Source: Octopus vulgaris (lineage: Eukaryota). Taken from it: a stretch of 64,000 bases of DNA. Under the pieces are notes generated by a model, which was not told the origin of the DNA, made no database searches, and saw nothing but the letters and a program-made list of their open reading frames with translations. Shown one piece after another: positions 41,485 through 56,333 of the stretch; the stretch's first letter is position 1; every line of letters begins with the position of its first letter. A program made the position numbers and the translations under genes. The stretch spans positions 55,304,001 through 55,368,000 of the forward strand of contig OX597829.1 of the NCBI GenBank assembly GCA_951406725.2, given 5' to 3'.

Positions 41485-41805
41485 GTACATACATACATAT
41501 GTCTACTATACACCATTTTAAACTCGTGATTACATGTGTGTGTGTGCGTGTATGTGCGTGTATGTGTGTGTGACGTCCTATAACTGTCTGTCTCTCTCTA
41601 TTTTTGTGGAGTCTTCCCTGTTGTTGTCTCATATGGTGAAAAATTTAAAATTACCTCAAAATTTTCAAATTTGGTAAATTGTAATAAAGTCATGTGAAAC
41701 GGTCGAACAGACGTAAATAATTTAAAAACGGAAAAAATCCTCAACGAAGTTTTTTTGCAAAAAAATCTATTTTGATCAAGAGGCCTATCTGTCGGAGAAG
41801 GCTTG

Positions 41806-41814
41806 TACGTACGT

Positions 41815-41851
<37 letters not shown>

Positions 41852-41993
41852 TATACATACATACATACATACATACATACATACATACATACATACATAC
41901 ATACATACATACATACATACATACATTCAAACATTCATACATTCATATATACATACATACATACATAATACATACATACATACATACATACAT

Positions 41994-42030
<37 letters not shown>

Positions 42031-43260
42031 TACATACATACACACACACACATACATACAAACATACATACATACATACATACATACAAACATACATACA
42101 TACATACATAATACATACATACATACATACATACATACATACATAATACATACATACATACATACATACATGCATGCATGCATACATACATACATACATA
42201 CATACATACATACATACATACATACATGCATACATACATACATACACATACATACATACGTACGTACATACATACATACATACAAACATACATACATACA
42301 TACATACACACACACATACATACATACATAATACATACATACATAATACATACATACATACATACATACATGCATGCATGCATACATACATACATACATA
42401 CATACATACATGCATACATACATACATACACATACATACATACGTACGTACATACATACATACATACAAACATACATACATACATACATACACACACACA
42501 TACATACATACATACATACATACATACAAACATACATACATACATACATACATACATAATACATACATACATACATACATACATACATACATACATACAT
42601 AATACATACATACATACATACATGCATGCATGCATACATACATACATACATACATACATACATACATACATGCATACATACATACACATACATACGTACG
42701 TACATACATACATACAAACATACATACATACATACATACATGCATACATACATACATACACATACATACATACGTACGTACATACATACATACATACAAA
42801 CATACATACATACATACATACATACATACATACATACATACATACATGCATACATACATACACATACATACATACGTACGTACATACATACATACATACA
42901 TACAAACATACATACATACGTACGTACATACATACATACATACATACATGCATACATACATACATACACACACATACATACATACATACATACATACATA
43001 CATACATACATGCATACATACATACACATACATACATACGTACGTACATACATGCATACATACATACATACATACATACAAACATACATACATACGTACG
43101 TACATACGTACGTACATACATACATACATACATACATACATACATACATACATACATACATACATACATACATACATCATACATACATACATACATACAT
43201 ATATACATACATACATACATACATACATACATACATACATACATACATACATACATACGT
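41806..43260. repeat. (ACAT)n array with higher-order variant blocks
   Basis: Direct inspection; the same motif as 3089-10440 on the opposite strand. Confidence 0.96.
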
Positions 43261-43304
43261 ATGTGTATGTGTATGGCTAAGTCCACTACTTCTGTAGATA
43301 TGCT

Positions 43305-43338
<34 letters not shown>

Positions 43339-43692
43339 CATGCTTTATTATTTGAGGTCCATCGACAAAGTAACGTTTATCACCTTTACCACCCCTACGA
43401 GGGGTACTTCTGTTTTTCAATTTCAATGTTCCTTTATTGACTAACTTCTCCGTATCTCTCTCTCTCTCTAACCGTGAAAATCATGACTCGACTAACAAAC
43501 ATTTATAGCGACTATTATTATATAAAGATGACATTAAAAATTTCCCAATGATGCCTTCTGCATAAAGGAAATATATTTAAGGATGGACGAACGTATGTAA
43601 TGCAGAGAGCCATTGCAAGTGAAATTACACCACATGAGGGGAAAAATCATAAGCGCTAATGAAAATTCTTGTCCTTATTCACAGCTACACAT

Positions 43693-44040
43693 GCGTGAAG
43701 GTGCATGGTTCAGTGGTTAGAGCATCGAGATTACGATCGTGATGTTGTGAGTTCAATTCCCAGACCGAGCTGTGTGTTGTGTTCTTGAGCAAGACACTCT
43801 ATTGCACGTTACTCCAGTTAACTCATCTGTAGAAATGATTTGCGATGTCACAGGTGCCGAGCTGTGTCAGCCCCTTTGCCTTTCTCTTGGATAACATCGG
43901 TGGCGTGGAGAGGGGAGGCTGGTATGCATGGGCGACTGCTGGTCCTCCATAAAAACAACCCTAGGTTGTGCATTCGTCGGTGAGGCTTGTACCCCGGAGG
44001 GGAACCTCTTAGGTGCACCCATGGTTATTCATGACCGGCG
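43693..44040 (+). mobile_element. Full-length family-C tRNA-headed SINE
   Basis: A box TGGTTCAGTGG, B box GAGTTCAATTCC, then the body shared with the 16078 and 28716 copies. Confidence 0.88.
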
Positions 44041-44129
44041 GAGTCGAGTATTCACAGCTACCTGAATTTATCTGGACCAGAATAACCTAATTACTATGAT
44101 TAAGAGAATGTTTTTGAAAATCCTGATCT

Positions 44130-45600
44130 TAAATACCAAAGTCGATTAAACGATTCCGTAAAGCGATGTACAAAAAGTCAGTATTATACTCTTTCGACAG
44201 GTTTGTTATCTCGTGTGAGCCGAAAACAAGTAAACCATTGTTACAAAAGATAGGAGCCACCATCACAAAATAAACTATCCGATGGTTAAATGAAAGCAGA
44301 CTAGACATTATGCATAGCGAATCAAGATAAAGCAGCTGATACAAGATAAATTCCCCAGAAAAATTCGGAAAATTCAAAGAACAACCGAATAAGAGACAAC
44401 AGGAGGATGTTAAGTGTGGTTGATAAGTTTAAACTATCAACAAACACGTCATGGGAAATAAAAGTATCCACCTTAAAATTGTAGATTAAAATTATGGCAT
44501 ATTGAAGAAAGAAAATCGTTCTATCAAAAGCACACTTTTAAAAATAATTTTTTCTAATATTTTATACCGATAAAAGGTAACTAAATATGATACTAAAGAA
44601 AACTAAAGACATTCTAGAAACCTATTTTGGAAAGCAAAGTTAAATAAAAACACAAATAATTAGAAGTATATTTGCCAGAAATAGAAACTGAAGAACAAAT
44701 TCTTCAAAGTACGTGACATAAGAGCTGTCTTGAACAGCTTCGGTAAGCCCCGGAATTGAAAACATCTTAAATTATGTGTTGACCTTTGATGCCTTGCATT
44801 GTCGAGCAATGTTCACTTTGACAACATTCTGAAACAATTTGGATTAAATATCCAGGTGGCTAGTCACTAGTAGGGTAATACCGACCCCCAAGAAAAGACA
44901 GAGGACCCATCTAACCGCCCCTCCATCACTTGCTTACATGTAATTTATAAACTTCTTTGCAAAGTATTGATCAATAGGATAACTGAACTTTTACAAAGCA
45001 AAATAACATCAATTTAATTGGTGCAGGGTAGAATGAGTTCCTATTAAGGCGTTATGGTACACTTCTAATTAACTCTTTAAATTAACAAGATGCTATTAGA
45101 TGATGCGAAATTTATTTTCAACAGCCTAGCTCAGAGAAAGAGAAGAAGCGTCTATAACTCCTTTCATAGTCTCTGTAACTGTTGGCAGGATTGTTTTGAG
45201 TCGAGTCCAACTCTGCTTAAAACACCTAAAGGATCCAAAGTGGTATTAAACCGAGAAATGTGATCACTCTATCAATAAAGAGCTGGAACAGTCGTTCTAA
45301 CAAACTTTCTCCAACTAAATTACACTCAAAAGACTTCGATTAACCCAAGCAATGGCAAAAAGCAATTTCTCAAGGCGCTGCGAACTTGTTAACCCTACTG
45401 TTTTGTACCTGGATTGATTACAAAGACTTTGATTAAGTCCTACATGACTTATTTATTAAAATGCTGGAAACTCACAAATCCGACAGCGTCATAACGAACA
45501 ACAAATATGGGGTCCCTAACAACGGCATTATGAAATCCAGTTTCACAGAATAACCAATGGGGTATTTTTAGTATGTATGGTCATCATTTCATTCGATCCT
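44130..45600 (+). mobile_element. Highly decayed R4/Dong-type LINE RT fragments
   Basis: NRPSITCLHVIYKL (~44913; NYRPITCL-like) and WIDYK (~45410); itself interrupted. Confidence 0.5.
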
Positions 45601-46299
45601 GAAGAGGGAGGAAAGGCGCATTCACCATCTCTTCTTCATGAACAATCTGAAATTATATGTTGAATATGTTTCCCAATTTGAAAATTTTCGGCCTGAAAAA
45701 TTTAAGAAGCTAACTCTAGAATCAGACACAGGATTCATGACTTTGTGGAAGGGAGATAATAAAGGAACTTGAAGATTCTACTTTCTTGGGCATAAATGAA
45801 AGTAAAATTGCATATGTCAAAGCTGTGTGAATGAGAATGAAAGATAAATATTTTGAGTGTAATGAGAATAAGAAACGAATGTTTTTGACAGTCGTTTTTT
45901 TAAAAAATTCATCAAAATAAGAAAATGCCATCTGTCTCATTAACATATTTACAGAAACAGCCATTACACATGGTTCTGTAATTTTCATCTGGAAGCAACA
46001 GACATCTATACAGACCGTAACAATAGAAATATTCTAAAAATATATTATTACCAAAATATGTCTGACATTCAAGGAGAGATTATAGAGGACTAATGGGTGT
46101 CAGCAGTTTTAGATGTCAGTTATCGATGTTGCTATGATCATACAATAAATCGATTAGCATCGCATCAACAGAACTAAATCGACGATTAGATTTCGGTTCG
46201 AGCTAAAAACATTTAAACCGAAGAAAGCAGCGAATAATAATAATAATAGCACGTAAGATGATGGTGGGAAGCTATCATAAAAACATGCCTGTACACGAC

Positions 46300-48330
46300 C
46301 ATGAACTGAATGTCTAACAAACGAATTGATGGCAGATACTGGCTAGCAATTCCACTGAGTTTGCAAAACTACCGAAATTGTTCTGCCCAATGTCTACATA
46401 TTCTTCAGTATTAGTGCTGAAAACACCAATTCCCGAGGTCCAAAGGTGTGATGGTGATGTCGTTCACATTTACTACACAATTCTCTTGTCCTGCGTGGAA
46501 CGGAACCCTCGTTAATACATTTGACCATTTTCCTAAAATTATTTTTAAAAAATATTTCTAAAAATAGTCCTTTATGTAGAAGAGAATAGGAGTTCTATTT
46601 TTCTTCAACCAGCTACCTCGGGAGGAAATTTTAAAGAATACACTTCCGCTGTTATTTCCCACTAAGGCCACCACTATCCATTGGTCAATCATTCTGGATT
46701 AGTACCTTTAAACCGTTCTAAAATAATGTGCTCGAAGTCATAAAGGACAGTAGAGTACTTTTAGCAAGCTCATCACTGTGGAAATAGTCTTTATCGATCC
46801 ATTTTCTGAACCCTTTTGGCGAACTAAATGCCTCCATTTCACATTTTACGGGTATTTTTCGACATTATTGTAATTTCTTTTACATCTAGAAAACTTGATA
46901 TTTGCAATGAGTTGTGTATTTGATGCTGTTTGACTGCAAGCAAAATTGTGTCTTGGTAAAGGAGATAATTTTCTTGTTGCTTTGTTGTCAGTGTTCTAGA
47001 TTGTATGCGAGTTATTATCGTTTCCCTTTACATCTTCATAATTGGTTCCCACAAAATCGTCGAATGCAGGGCAGCAACTCGCGGCAATGGCACCGACGCA
47101 ATTGCTCAAAATATCAGTTCTCTTTCCTAACCTTCAAATTCAAGAGATTATATTCTTTTCAGTTTGTAGAGATACAGAGAAATTCAATTTTTTTTAGTCT
47201 CACAAGCAATTTACAAACAATTTGTCACAACAGATTCTGAATAGTTGAAATTTCAAAATAATGCACCTATATTATGGAACTTCGATGAAAATGTCCGTTC
47301 AGGTCAGTATCCAACTGAAGATGATGAAAACAACGACGAAGACTTCTTTTAATGGCCACAAGCGCCCAATATATTGGGGGACAGTAAAAGAACGAAATAA
47401 AAAAAACAGCTGAAAATGTCATTATTCCAGGGCGTCTTTGCTGCATTTTTTTCGTATTGTATCTTTCTTTTGGTACTGTATCTTTTCAGCTCGCAAGTGA
47501 ACGGTATGTTCATTAAATAATTGGTTAGCAAAACAATAATAATAGTTGTTGTTGTTGTAGTTGTTGCTTTTGCTGCTTTTGTTGTTGATAATTTTGTCAC
47601 AAATGGCTGTGCTTATTTTCGTGTATACTTGCTATGGTGTAATAGCTTTGGTTGCGGCTCCAATGCCTTTGCTATGACTGCAGCAGTGATAAGTAAATAA
47701 GACATCATTTTAATCTGTCAGTGCAATTGCCAAAAAATGTTCCTTCCCTCTCTCATCACCACTTCTTAACTTCACCCTCCTCCTCCTCCTCCTCAAGCAA
47801 AAACATTATTATTTCAGCCACAGATTTAAAAAAAAATGTAAATTGCGGTTACTCTTCACGAGGGCTCATCAAAGATATGGCCCCATCGAAGCTGGCATAT
47901 AGCAAGAGACTATGCTGTCTGTTGTAGACCAGTTCTACGACAAAATAGTTAACAATTAATATTATTTATGAATCTCCGTTAACAGAACTTTGTGAAACTT
48001 ACAGGGTAATTGTCTTTTATTATCGATTTCATTAAAAAACTGATGTTTGTCTTCCACGCTGCTTGTTTCTGTTCTGACATTCCCGAGGAAATATCTACTT
48101 CCTACTATAAATACTTGGTTGTTGTATTTATTATTTTGCTTATCCTGACGGTATCCACGTTTCTCCTTGTCCGTTTTTATCAACCCTGTGTAGGCCAGGT
48201 TTGTTGTTATTTCATCGCCAAATTTATATCCTTGGGAGGTTATTTCGATGGTCCCCTGGATGATATAATTCTATTGAATCAGCATATAAGCTGGACTTTG
48301 ATAACCTCTTCAGTAATCCTAACAAAGAGA
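46300..48330 (-). mobile_element. Highly decayed LINE remnant, probably R4-type N-terminal or pre-RT region
   Basis: Minus strand is A-rich with a PE*LTNG remnant at ~46680-46700; no intact frame. Confidence 0.3.
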
Positions 48331-48454
48331 TGAACATAGTTTCATAATTATAAAAGAAAGACCGTCAACAAGTTTAGAATTAACGCTTCTAATTTTCACT
48401 ACCTAATTATCCCCAATGGATAATGAGATAGTGAATATATGCATTAATAAAATG

Positions 48455-48770
48455 TTAAGTGTAGTGGTTTAGTTAGTTGACATGGGTTCAGTCCCTGGGT
48501 CAGTCAAACGACCTCTTATAATTTAATTGAAGCGAGAACAGCAAAAGATATAACAAATGGGAGATTAACTAACAAGAGATTATCCCTGCTAAGGACATTG
48601 GAATGAGAACGAAATACCTCCGTGAATTTAATAAAAGGTTAGGTTCGAAGTCCTGAAAGCTTATCGATTACCACAGGCGAAAGAGCATAACAACCGAAAG
48701 GCTGCAGCTATAGCAATCAATATTCGGGTACAGGCTTGCTTATATTGGAGGATAAAATCTCGGAAAACTT
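48455..48770 (+). mobile_element. Old relative of the tRNA-head/hammerhead element at 54500-54945
   Basis: gtgtagtggtt...gggttcagtccc head, aggttcgaa motif, then aggcgaaagagcataacaaccgaaaggctg resembling aggctggagggtatatcagccgaaacg. Confidence 0.4.
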
Positions 48771-51700
48771 TCCGTGAACGACAAAGAAACCCTACTTTAG
48801 GGTATCTTTTATTTTTATCTTTTACTTTTTTTTAGCCGGATATTTAATTTATTGATCTCTTTGCCGAACCGCCAAGTTATGAGGATATGCCAATCTCTCT
48901 CCCCCTCTCTCTCTCTCTTTCTCACTTACTCACTCACTCACTCACTCTTTCTCTATTCCTTTGTCTTTGTCTCTGTTTACAGACAAAGCGAGAAAGAGAA
49001 ATAACAAAGTAAATCGATCAGATATTGTTGCAAAGAGCCACCAGGAGAAGAAGTTACTCTTAACTGAAATGTATTTCTAAAAGGAACGGAATAATTGTTC
49101 AGATATAAAGATCAAACAATAGAGACAACAAAAACGAGAAGCGTAGAAACAATGAATCCTTATAATTATAGATACCCTGGAAATAATTAAATGAACATAC
49201 AGGACAAACATAATTAAACCTTTTGAATTTACAAATATATATGATACATAAGAAATAACATTTCTGAGGGCTTCACTAATAATGCATCGAGAAAACTGTA
49301 CGTACTCTAGGAACGCCATAGAAATATGATTTCTGATGAAAAATATTATTGATATCCGTTATTACTTTGTTGCGATGACATTCATTTTGTATATTCGGAT
49401 TAACGATTACTTAATTAGGAAATTTAAATAAACGATACAAGAATTCGATTTCCACAGAATAATGTAGTGTTTATAAGATTAAATACAATAAGGTATTTTG
49501 TTAAAACTCTATATCTGATCGACTTTGGGAGTAATGGAAGTCAAATGACCCGCAACAAATACCGTCAATTTACCAAAAAGGGAGATAACCACAGTGCAAC
49601 TCAGAATACTCCATGAAATTTGATTTCCTTCAATACGAAAGCAAGTTCCCATTCCCTACAGTAAGTAAACAAAAGAAACTTGAAAGAAAAGACGTTCGTC
49701 TCTCACGTTGGTCAGTCTTGACATTTATTGGAGATGAGAATTTACAGAATCTATCTTTCCACCTTTAGACGTCAATTAACGGGGTTAAAAGAAAAAGAAA
49801 AAGAAAAGAAAAAAGAAAGCAATGAGGACATGGTTTGAAATTTATAAAAGTGCCTTCAAATTTTTAACCTCGTCCACTACGCCCCTCATTTATAATATCA
49901 CAAGGCTGAAACTAATGATCCACTTTTTTTTTTGATACTGCTAAACGACGTTTCCCAATGGAGCCATAACTCAGACGTCACAGGAACAATTGTTCATAAA
50001 TCTGCGAGCAAACTGTCGTGGACTTTGACATGCACTTCTAAAACAGGGTAACAATATAACAGTAACAGTACAACCTACCAAAGTTCAAAATTATCGCTAA
50101 CAGAAAGCAAAAATTTTTGTTATTTATTCTTAAAACTCATTTTGAAAATTCTTCAGAAAATCTGCATCATGTTTGTCATCGATACTCAAAATGATCGTAT
50201 GGCAATTTTTCCATAAATCCTTTGTGGTAATGAGAAAGTTGATATTCTACCGACAGTATTATTCAGTCGGCAGGGCGTTGTGAAAATCTGATAACATTCC
50301 GGTTATCAAGAGTTCAATCTTGATCTACTCCCTACGTAATATTGCTGAGTATCTGAGACACAGGATGGTCTCAAGCCGAGATAATCCTATGTTCTGTTAT
50401 AGATTCCGTGGTAGTTTTCCTCTATTTCCGCCCAATGGAGGAGTGTCTTTATATTCTTTATTTTCATCATCATTTATTAGTTTTTTTTCCATCAACTTCT
50501 TGTTAAAGCAACAGTATACTTAATGCTATTATTATCATTGTTGTTTTTCTGTCGATAGGCCCGTCAACTCACCACCATCCTTCTCTAATCTGCCGATTTT
50601 TGTGTTTTAAGGATCGGTCGACTTTGGTCTTTCTAACATGTTGACAAATCTCCATCGGAAGTGGATCCGACAGAACAAAGACATGCTGTTAATTTGTAAA
50701 ACTGTTAATATCCTTCATTATGATGTTATTGCCGGTTGTTTCAAGAGTACACTCCTTCGAAAATGTTGTAGGAAGTGAAGGATTACAAGTCGCTGTTCTT
50801 GTTTTATTTTTCTTCATATAGGTCTTTTAACTGATTATTGTTGTAGTCAGTTTTTGTCTTTGTTTTTAATGTGAGTATTGATGGTAGCAGTTGGCTCACT
50901 TTGAGTTGTTACTCTACGTGAGTTCAGAAATCCCTCAAATGGTCAACGTTTTCTTTATTGAAATAATTTGACCTTTTGTTATACCATACGAAACACTTGA
51001 TATGGGATACTGCAGTATGAAATTCACCAGTGATTTTATGTTTTAAATAATTTTCAAACACAATAAAAATTTGGAAATTCCTCTCATTCGCATCAGGCTC
51101 CTCTTCGAAATCTTCTAAAATCTCATCACTGTGGCCCGTTCCTTTTGTGTGGAGACGACGCTGTTTTTAAATAGGGATTGGTAAACATTCCTTTGTGATA
51201 CAAAGAAAGGTGGAATATTTTTCCGTCTCACCTTGAAATAAAAAACTTTGCTGACGTGTGATGTGATACTCTTGCGCTGTAGGTAATCAGCTTTCTTATG
51301 ATTCTATTTTTTACCTCTTCTAAATTAAGTCAAGTCTTACATTTTTTCCCTCGGACTCTCGCAAGTCTAAAAAAAAACTAGAAGATTAGAGCTTTCATGA
51401 AAGGTAATTCTTTTCTTTACTGTTGTTTTTGTTATCGTTGATATTGTGTTTAGCTTTTCGGTGTTGATGTTCTTGTCGTTGCTTGTTTCAGCATTGCCTG
51501 CACAATTCGAGTACTTTTCCGGCTGACGACTTACACCACGACCATAGATTTTATTACGAACCGGTGACACATCCAGAAGTACAGATCAAGATTAAAAAAA
51601 TATCGTCTGTAAACTCTTATTTCAAAAAAGTTATTCAGTACATCTTCACCAACGTCCATCGTCTCACTTGGTTAATTTCCCGTAGAATAAAAAGATAACT

Positions 51701-52694
51701 GGTTCGTTATCCGCATAATCTTATTTACAAGTTATGAATACCTGACAGCACTCTGTATGCTAGACGTTTATCCCCAGTTTACGCCTGGTCTAGGATTGTA
51801 GCTCTGTCAAAAGATGAGCTTGGACAAACGTCTCTCACGAAACAGACGTGCATAACTATGCATTTTTAGTCACATAATCTCGAAATTAAAGACAATTCAA
51901 AATTTCTTACCACAACAATATGGTTTGAATATTTTTCTGGAGGTAAAAGGCAAAGCAAGAGAAACGACGAGAGAAAAAATAAAATCAAGACAGACAAAAG
52001 AACAAAAAAAAGAAAAACAGAAAAAAAAAAAGAAAGTGTAAAGTACACTGAAAGATTATCTGCGTGTCATCAGCCATGGCGTATTGAATCCTTTGCGCTG
52101 AGTGTTCTGGTAGGAGATGAACTTCTAACAAGAAGCAAAAGACCAGACGTTCCAATCTGGTCAGATGAGAAGAGAGTCAAGGTACTACGAGCAGGTGGTA
52201 GTAAAACAATATGACAATTCTAATTAAGGGAAACCTCTTAGAGTTGAAAACATAAATTCTAACAAAGTTAAGCCTGTTAGTTTGATTCCACAAAATCCTA
52301 CTCCAACATTAGCATGCGGCAGTCCAAACAATAAAAATAAACCAACATTGTTGAAGACAATTAGGGCTTTGGTCATTCACCACTGTTCTGAATTTGATGT
52401 CATGCAACTGCTTTTTACAAATCAGTCGTTATTTCTCGAGTTTTTTTTTTTTTTATCCATTACTAATAATAGCGTTTCATGACTTCAGGAATATTGGTGA
52501 AAGAGAGAGGCTCACTAATGTAAGTTACACAAGAAAAGGTAGAAAAAGTTGTTTGGATGTAAAATGCTTGCCGGGAATGATTATATTAAAAGAAACAACT
52601 CATTGCTAGGCTTAGTAGTAACTTGGGCAAAGTGAAGAGGGTTCGTTGAAAAAATGGTTGCATGTAAAAATAAAATAAAATATATTCTCTTTTA

Positions 52695-53153
52695 TATTTA
52701 TTTACTTGTTTCAGTTATTGGACTGCGGCCCACTGGGGCACAACCTTGAAGTGTTCAGTCCAACAAATCGACTGCAGTATTTATGTTTTTTCTTAAAGAA
52801 GGCTGGTACTTATTCTGTTGTTCTCGTTTGCTGAACCACTAAGTTACGGAGCATAAACAAACACCGGTTATCAAGCGGCGGTGGGGCACAAAGTCGATAC
52901 AAACATAAAGAACACATACATATATACATACATACATATGCATACATACATACACACATACATACATACATACATACATACATACATACATACATACATA
53001 CATACATACATACATACATAAGTACGTACGTACGTACGTACGTACATACATACATACATACATACATACATACATACATACATACATACATACATACATA
53101 CATACATACATACGTACGTACGTACATATATACATATATATACATATACATAC
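52695..53153 (-). mobile_element. Family-B SINE 3' half running into an (ACAT)n tract (52912-53153)
   Basis: tttacttgtttcagttattggactgcggcc...ccggttatcaagcggcggtgggg. Confidence 0.8.
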
Positions 53154-53154
53154 A

Positions 53155-53790
53155 AAGTAGTCTATCATATACCAACAACCGGATTACTACCTCCCACTTT
53201 GAAGGGTATGCGTTTGCAATCCAGAAATAGGAAATAACAACCAAATACCTGATGTACAAAAGGGACAGAGATGCAGGAGAAACAGTAAAATGTGACAACC
53301 GATGCAGAACTTGTGGAGGTCACACTGAAGACATCATCCACATCATAAGCTGTTGTCTGAAAATGTCATCATGGTATTATCTGTCGATGAGGAATGATGT
53401 TATAGCTAGAACACTCTATAATGAAATCCGTCGGAAGGATAAACCCGAAGTGAAAGAAATAAGAACTCACAATATGGTAAAAGCCATAGCCACTCATAAT
53501 GAAAAGGAATACTGGTGGAATGTCCCAGTGAAAATTTCTATAAAACATAAGCACCTGATATAATGATCTGGGATAAAGAAGAGAAACTGTGCACAGTTGT
53601 GGAAATTAGCTGCGCAGTGAATGTTAACATAAAACTGAAGATCAGTGAAAAAGAGAAAACCTATGCTGAACTATTCAGAAATCTGCAGTTACTCTATCCA
53701 GATTACAAGTTCAGGTTTATACCTGTAATTATTGGAGCTCTGGGATATATAATATACTGTCTAAATACCAGTCTTGAGAAATTAGGCTTT
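53155..53790 (+). mobile_element. R4/Dong-clade LINE C-terminal fragment (CCHC finger plus restriction-like endonuclease)
   Basis: CRTCGGHTEDIIHIISCC, RNDVIA (RHD-like), PDIMIWD...VVEISC, EKEKTY and PVIIGALG. Confidence 0.9.
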
Positions 53791-54499
53791 GTATGTTTGG
53801 AATTTTAGATACCTGTTGCGGAAGACATACATTTCCAGAAAAGTCAAAACTAGTGTTAGAGAATATCTAGCGAAAGCAAATATTAACACGTTGATAATTA
53901 TTGTGGACTATCTCAGTCAGAGAAACATCTAAGTAAAAAAAAAACGAAAAGTAAAACGAAACAAAACGAACAGCCCTCCAAAATTTTGCCTCTAAAATGT
54001 GTGAAAATTAGAAACAGTATAAAGTTGGGTTGCATGTTGGCTATTCGAAGAAATAAGTTTAGCATACGATAAAAAACGGAAATTTGGAAGATTAAGTTTA
54101 AAAGACGATATGAGTGGAAATCCCTTAGTCGGTTAACCTTCTTATTCGTTGTTCTTATAAAAATTTGGTAATGGTTCACTTTAAAAATGCATCTCTTTCA
54201 TGTATATCTACAGAGAAAGCGGGGAAAAGCGGCGGCATATAATGACATGAGTGAAGTTGATAGAACGGTAGTAAAATTTGAAATAACTATTCAACTCAGC
54301 GCTAACCGTCAGGTCAAATTTCCGTATGAAATACCAAAATCTTGGAGTATTATTATAACAATGGGTAAGAGACAAACTCCAGAAATAACGACTGATTTGT
54401 AGCAAGCAGTTGTATGATACTGAATTCAGAATAATTCAAAATAGTTAGTATACCCAACAGGAATCTGGAAAGAAATATGGTGAACCTAATTATGGTATC

Positions 54500-54945
54500 T
54501 ATTTACATTATTTACATTATTTACAATTGACGGATATTTGTCCTCATCTTATTTGTTGTTAACACAGCGTTTCGGCTGATATACCCTCCAGCCTTCTGGA
54601 TATACCCACGGGCATATGGCGTAGTGGTTAAGAGCGCGGGCTACTAATCCCAAGATTCCGAGTGCGATTCCAAGCAGTGACTCGAACAGCAACAACAAAA
54701 ACAAAAACAACAAAAACAACAACAACAACAACAAAAACAACAACAACAACAACAAAAACAACAACAACAACAATATTAATATTATTATTATTATTATTAA
54801 TAATAATAACAATAATAATAATAACAAGAACAACAACATCGAAAAATACCTTAGGTTCGAAATTTCCCCAAGAAACCTGAAGAAAGCTGGAGGGTATTTC
54901 AGCCGAAACATTGTGTTGACAACGAACAAGATAAGGACAAATAAT
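54500..54945 (+). mobile_element. tRNA-headed, hammerhead-tailed non-autonomous element with an inverted 5' copy of its tail
   Basis: Head 54608-54680 (TGGCGTAGTGG A box, GAGTGCGATTCC B-box-like); CTGAAGA 54877-54883, helix II, GAAAC 54905-54909; 54535-54597 is the inverse of 54881-54943. Confidence 0.75.
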
Positions 54946-55604
54946 CGATCTTAAGTTACCCCCAAAACGTAACTTGTATTAAAACTAATACAATTATAGC
55001 GACTGATAAATCAACAAGTGTTAAAAATTATGCCCTCAAATTTAGAAGTTGAAGCAGAATTTCACAGAATGCCTACGCGAGAGTAATAAAAAAATTGATG
55101 ACAACACCCAAAATTGCTAAGGGTTATCATAGTGTGTCAAAGTGGAGAGAGAAAGTGGGGTACAAGTCTCATAAAAACATTTGATCCATGAAAGAAAATA
55201 CAATGTAACAAGTAAAACACACCCCAACAAGTGTAAAGGAAAACTTGAGTAAGAAATACTTAAACAAAATTTATGACCCGAGCAACGAAACCAAAGAGAT
55301 GCCAATGGAAAGATGGATGGAACAACCGTAATCATATGTAATAATATATAGAAATAAAATGTATAGAAATAAAATATATTTTGATAAAGATAGACATAAA
55401 AGTGGGGTTGGAATAATGAGAAAATCATGCTTGATATTGAAGAAAGTAACTATTACTAGAGCTTAATACAAAACAGTTTGATTGAGTGCATTAAAAGTGC
55501 CAAATGACTATAGATTATAGTAACTATTAAAGAATAGATTATAGTAACTATTATTAACTAGAAATAGAAAACTCTGAATTTCGGAAAGGCTCTTAACTTG
55601 TAGT

Positions 55605-55813
<209 letters not shown>

Positions 55814-56333
55814 ATGAATGTATGCGTGTCTGTATGTCCCTTCTTTATCTCTGTTTCTGTCTGTCTGAGACGCACTTGCCTGGCAAGTGGTTTCATCTGA
55901 GACCATGGGTTTTAAACCAAATCAGTTATAGCAGGAAAGACACTCGAAAATGCACAAAAATTGTTAACTTCTCTCATACGTTATTTGGTGTCGAAATTTT
56001 TCCTCATACTAACTGCAACCTGGTCAGTGACGCAGTTTCACCGCAACTAGTTCGAGATGAGAATTAAACTTTTAGGTATATATATATATTTCTCTTTTTC
56101 ATTTCTATTGGTCAGTCATTTTAGTGGTCCCCACTGGCGCTTTTATAGGTGGTCAGTAAATATGGCTTTCTTCTTTCTCTTAGTGGACACGATTTTGGTA
56201 TTGTATTGTTTAGCATAACCAGGAATTAATGACTTCATAGAAGAGATTCTATCAGTCTTTGATCAGGGAACAGAAGCAAAGGAGAGAAGTGTTGACACAA
56301 ACTATAAAAGGGGGTTGGAGTAGTAGAAATACA

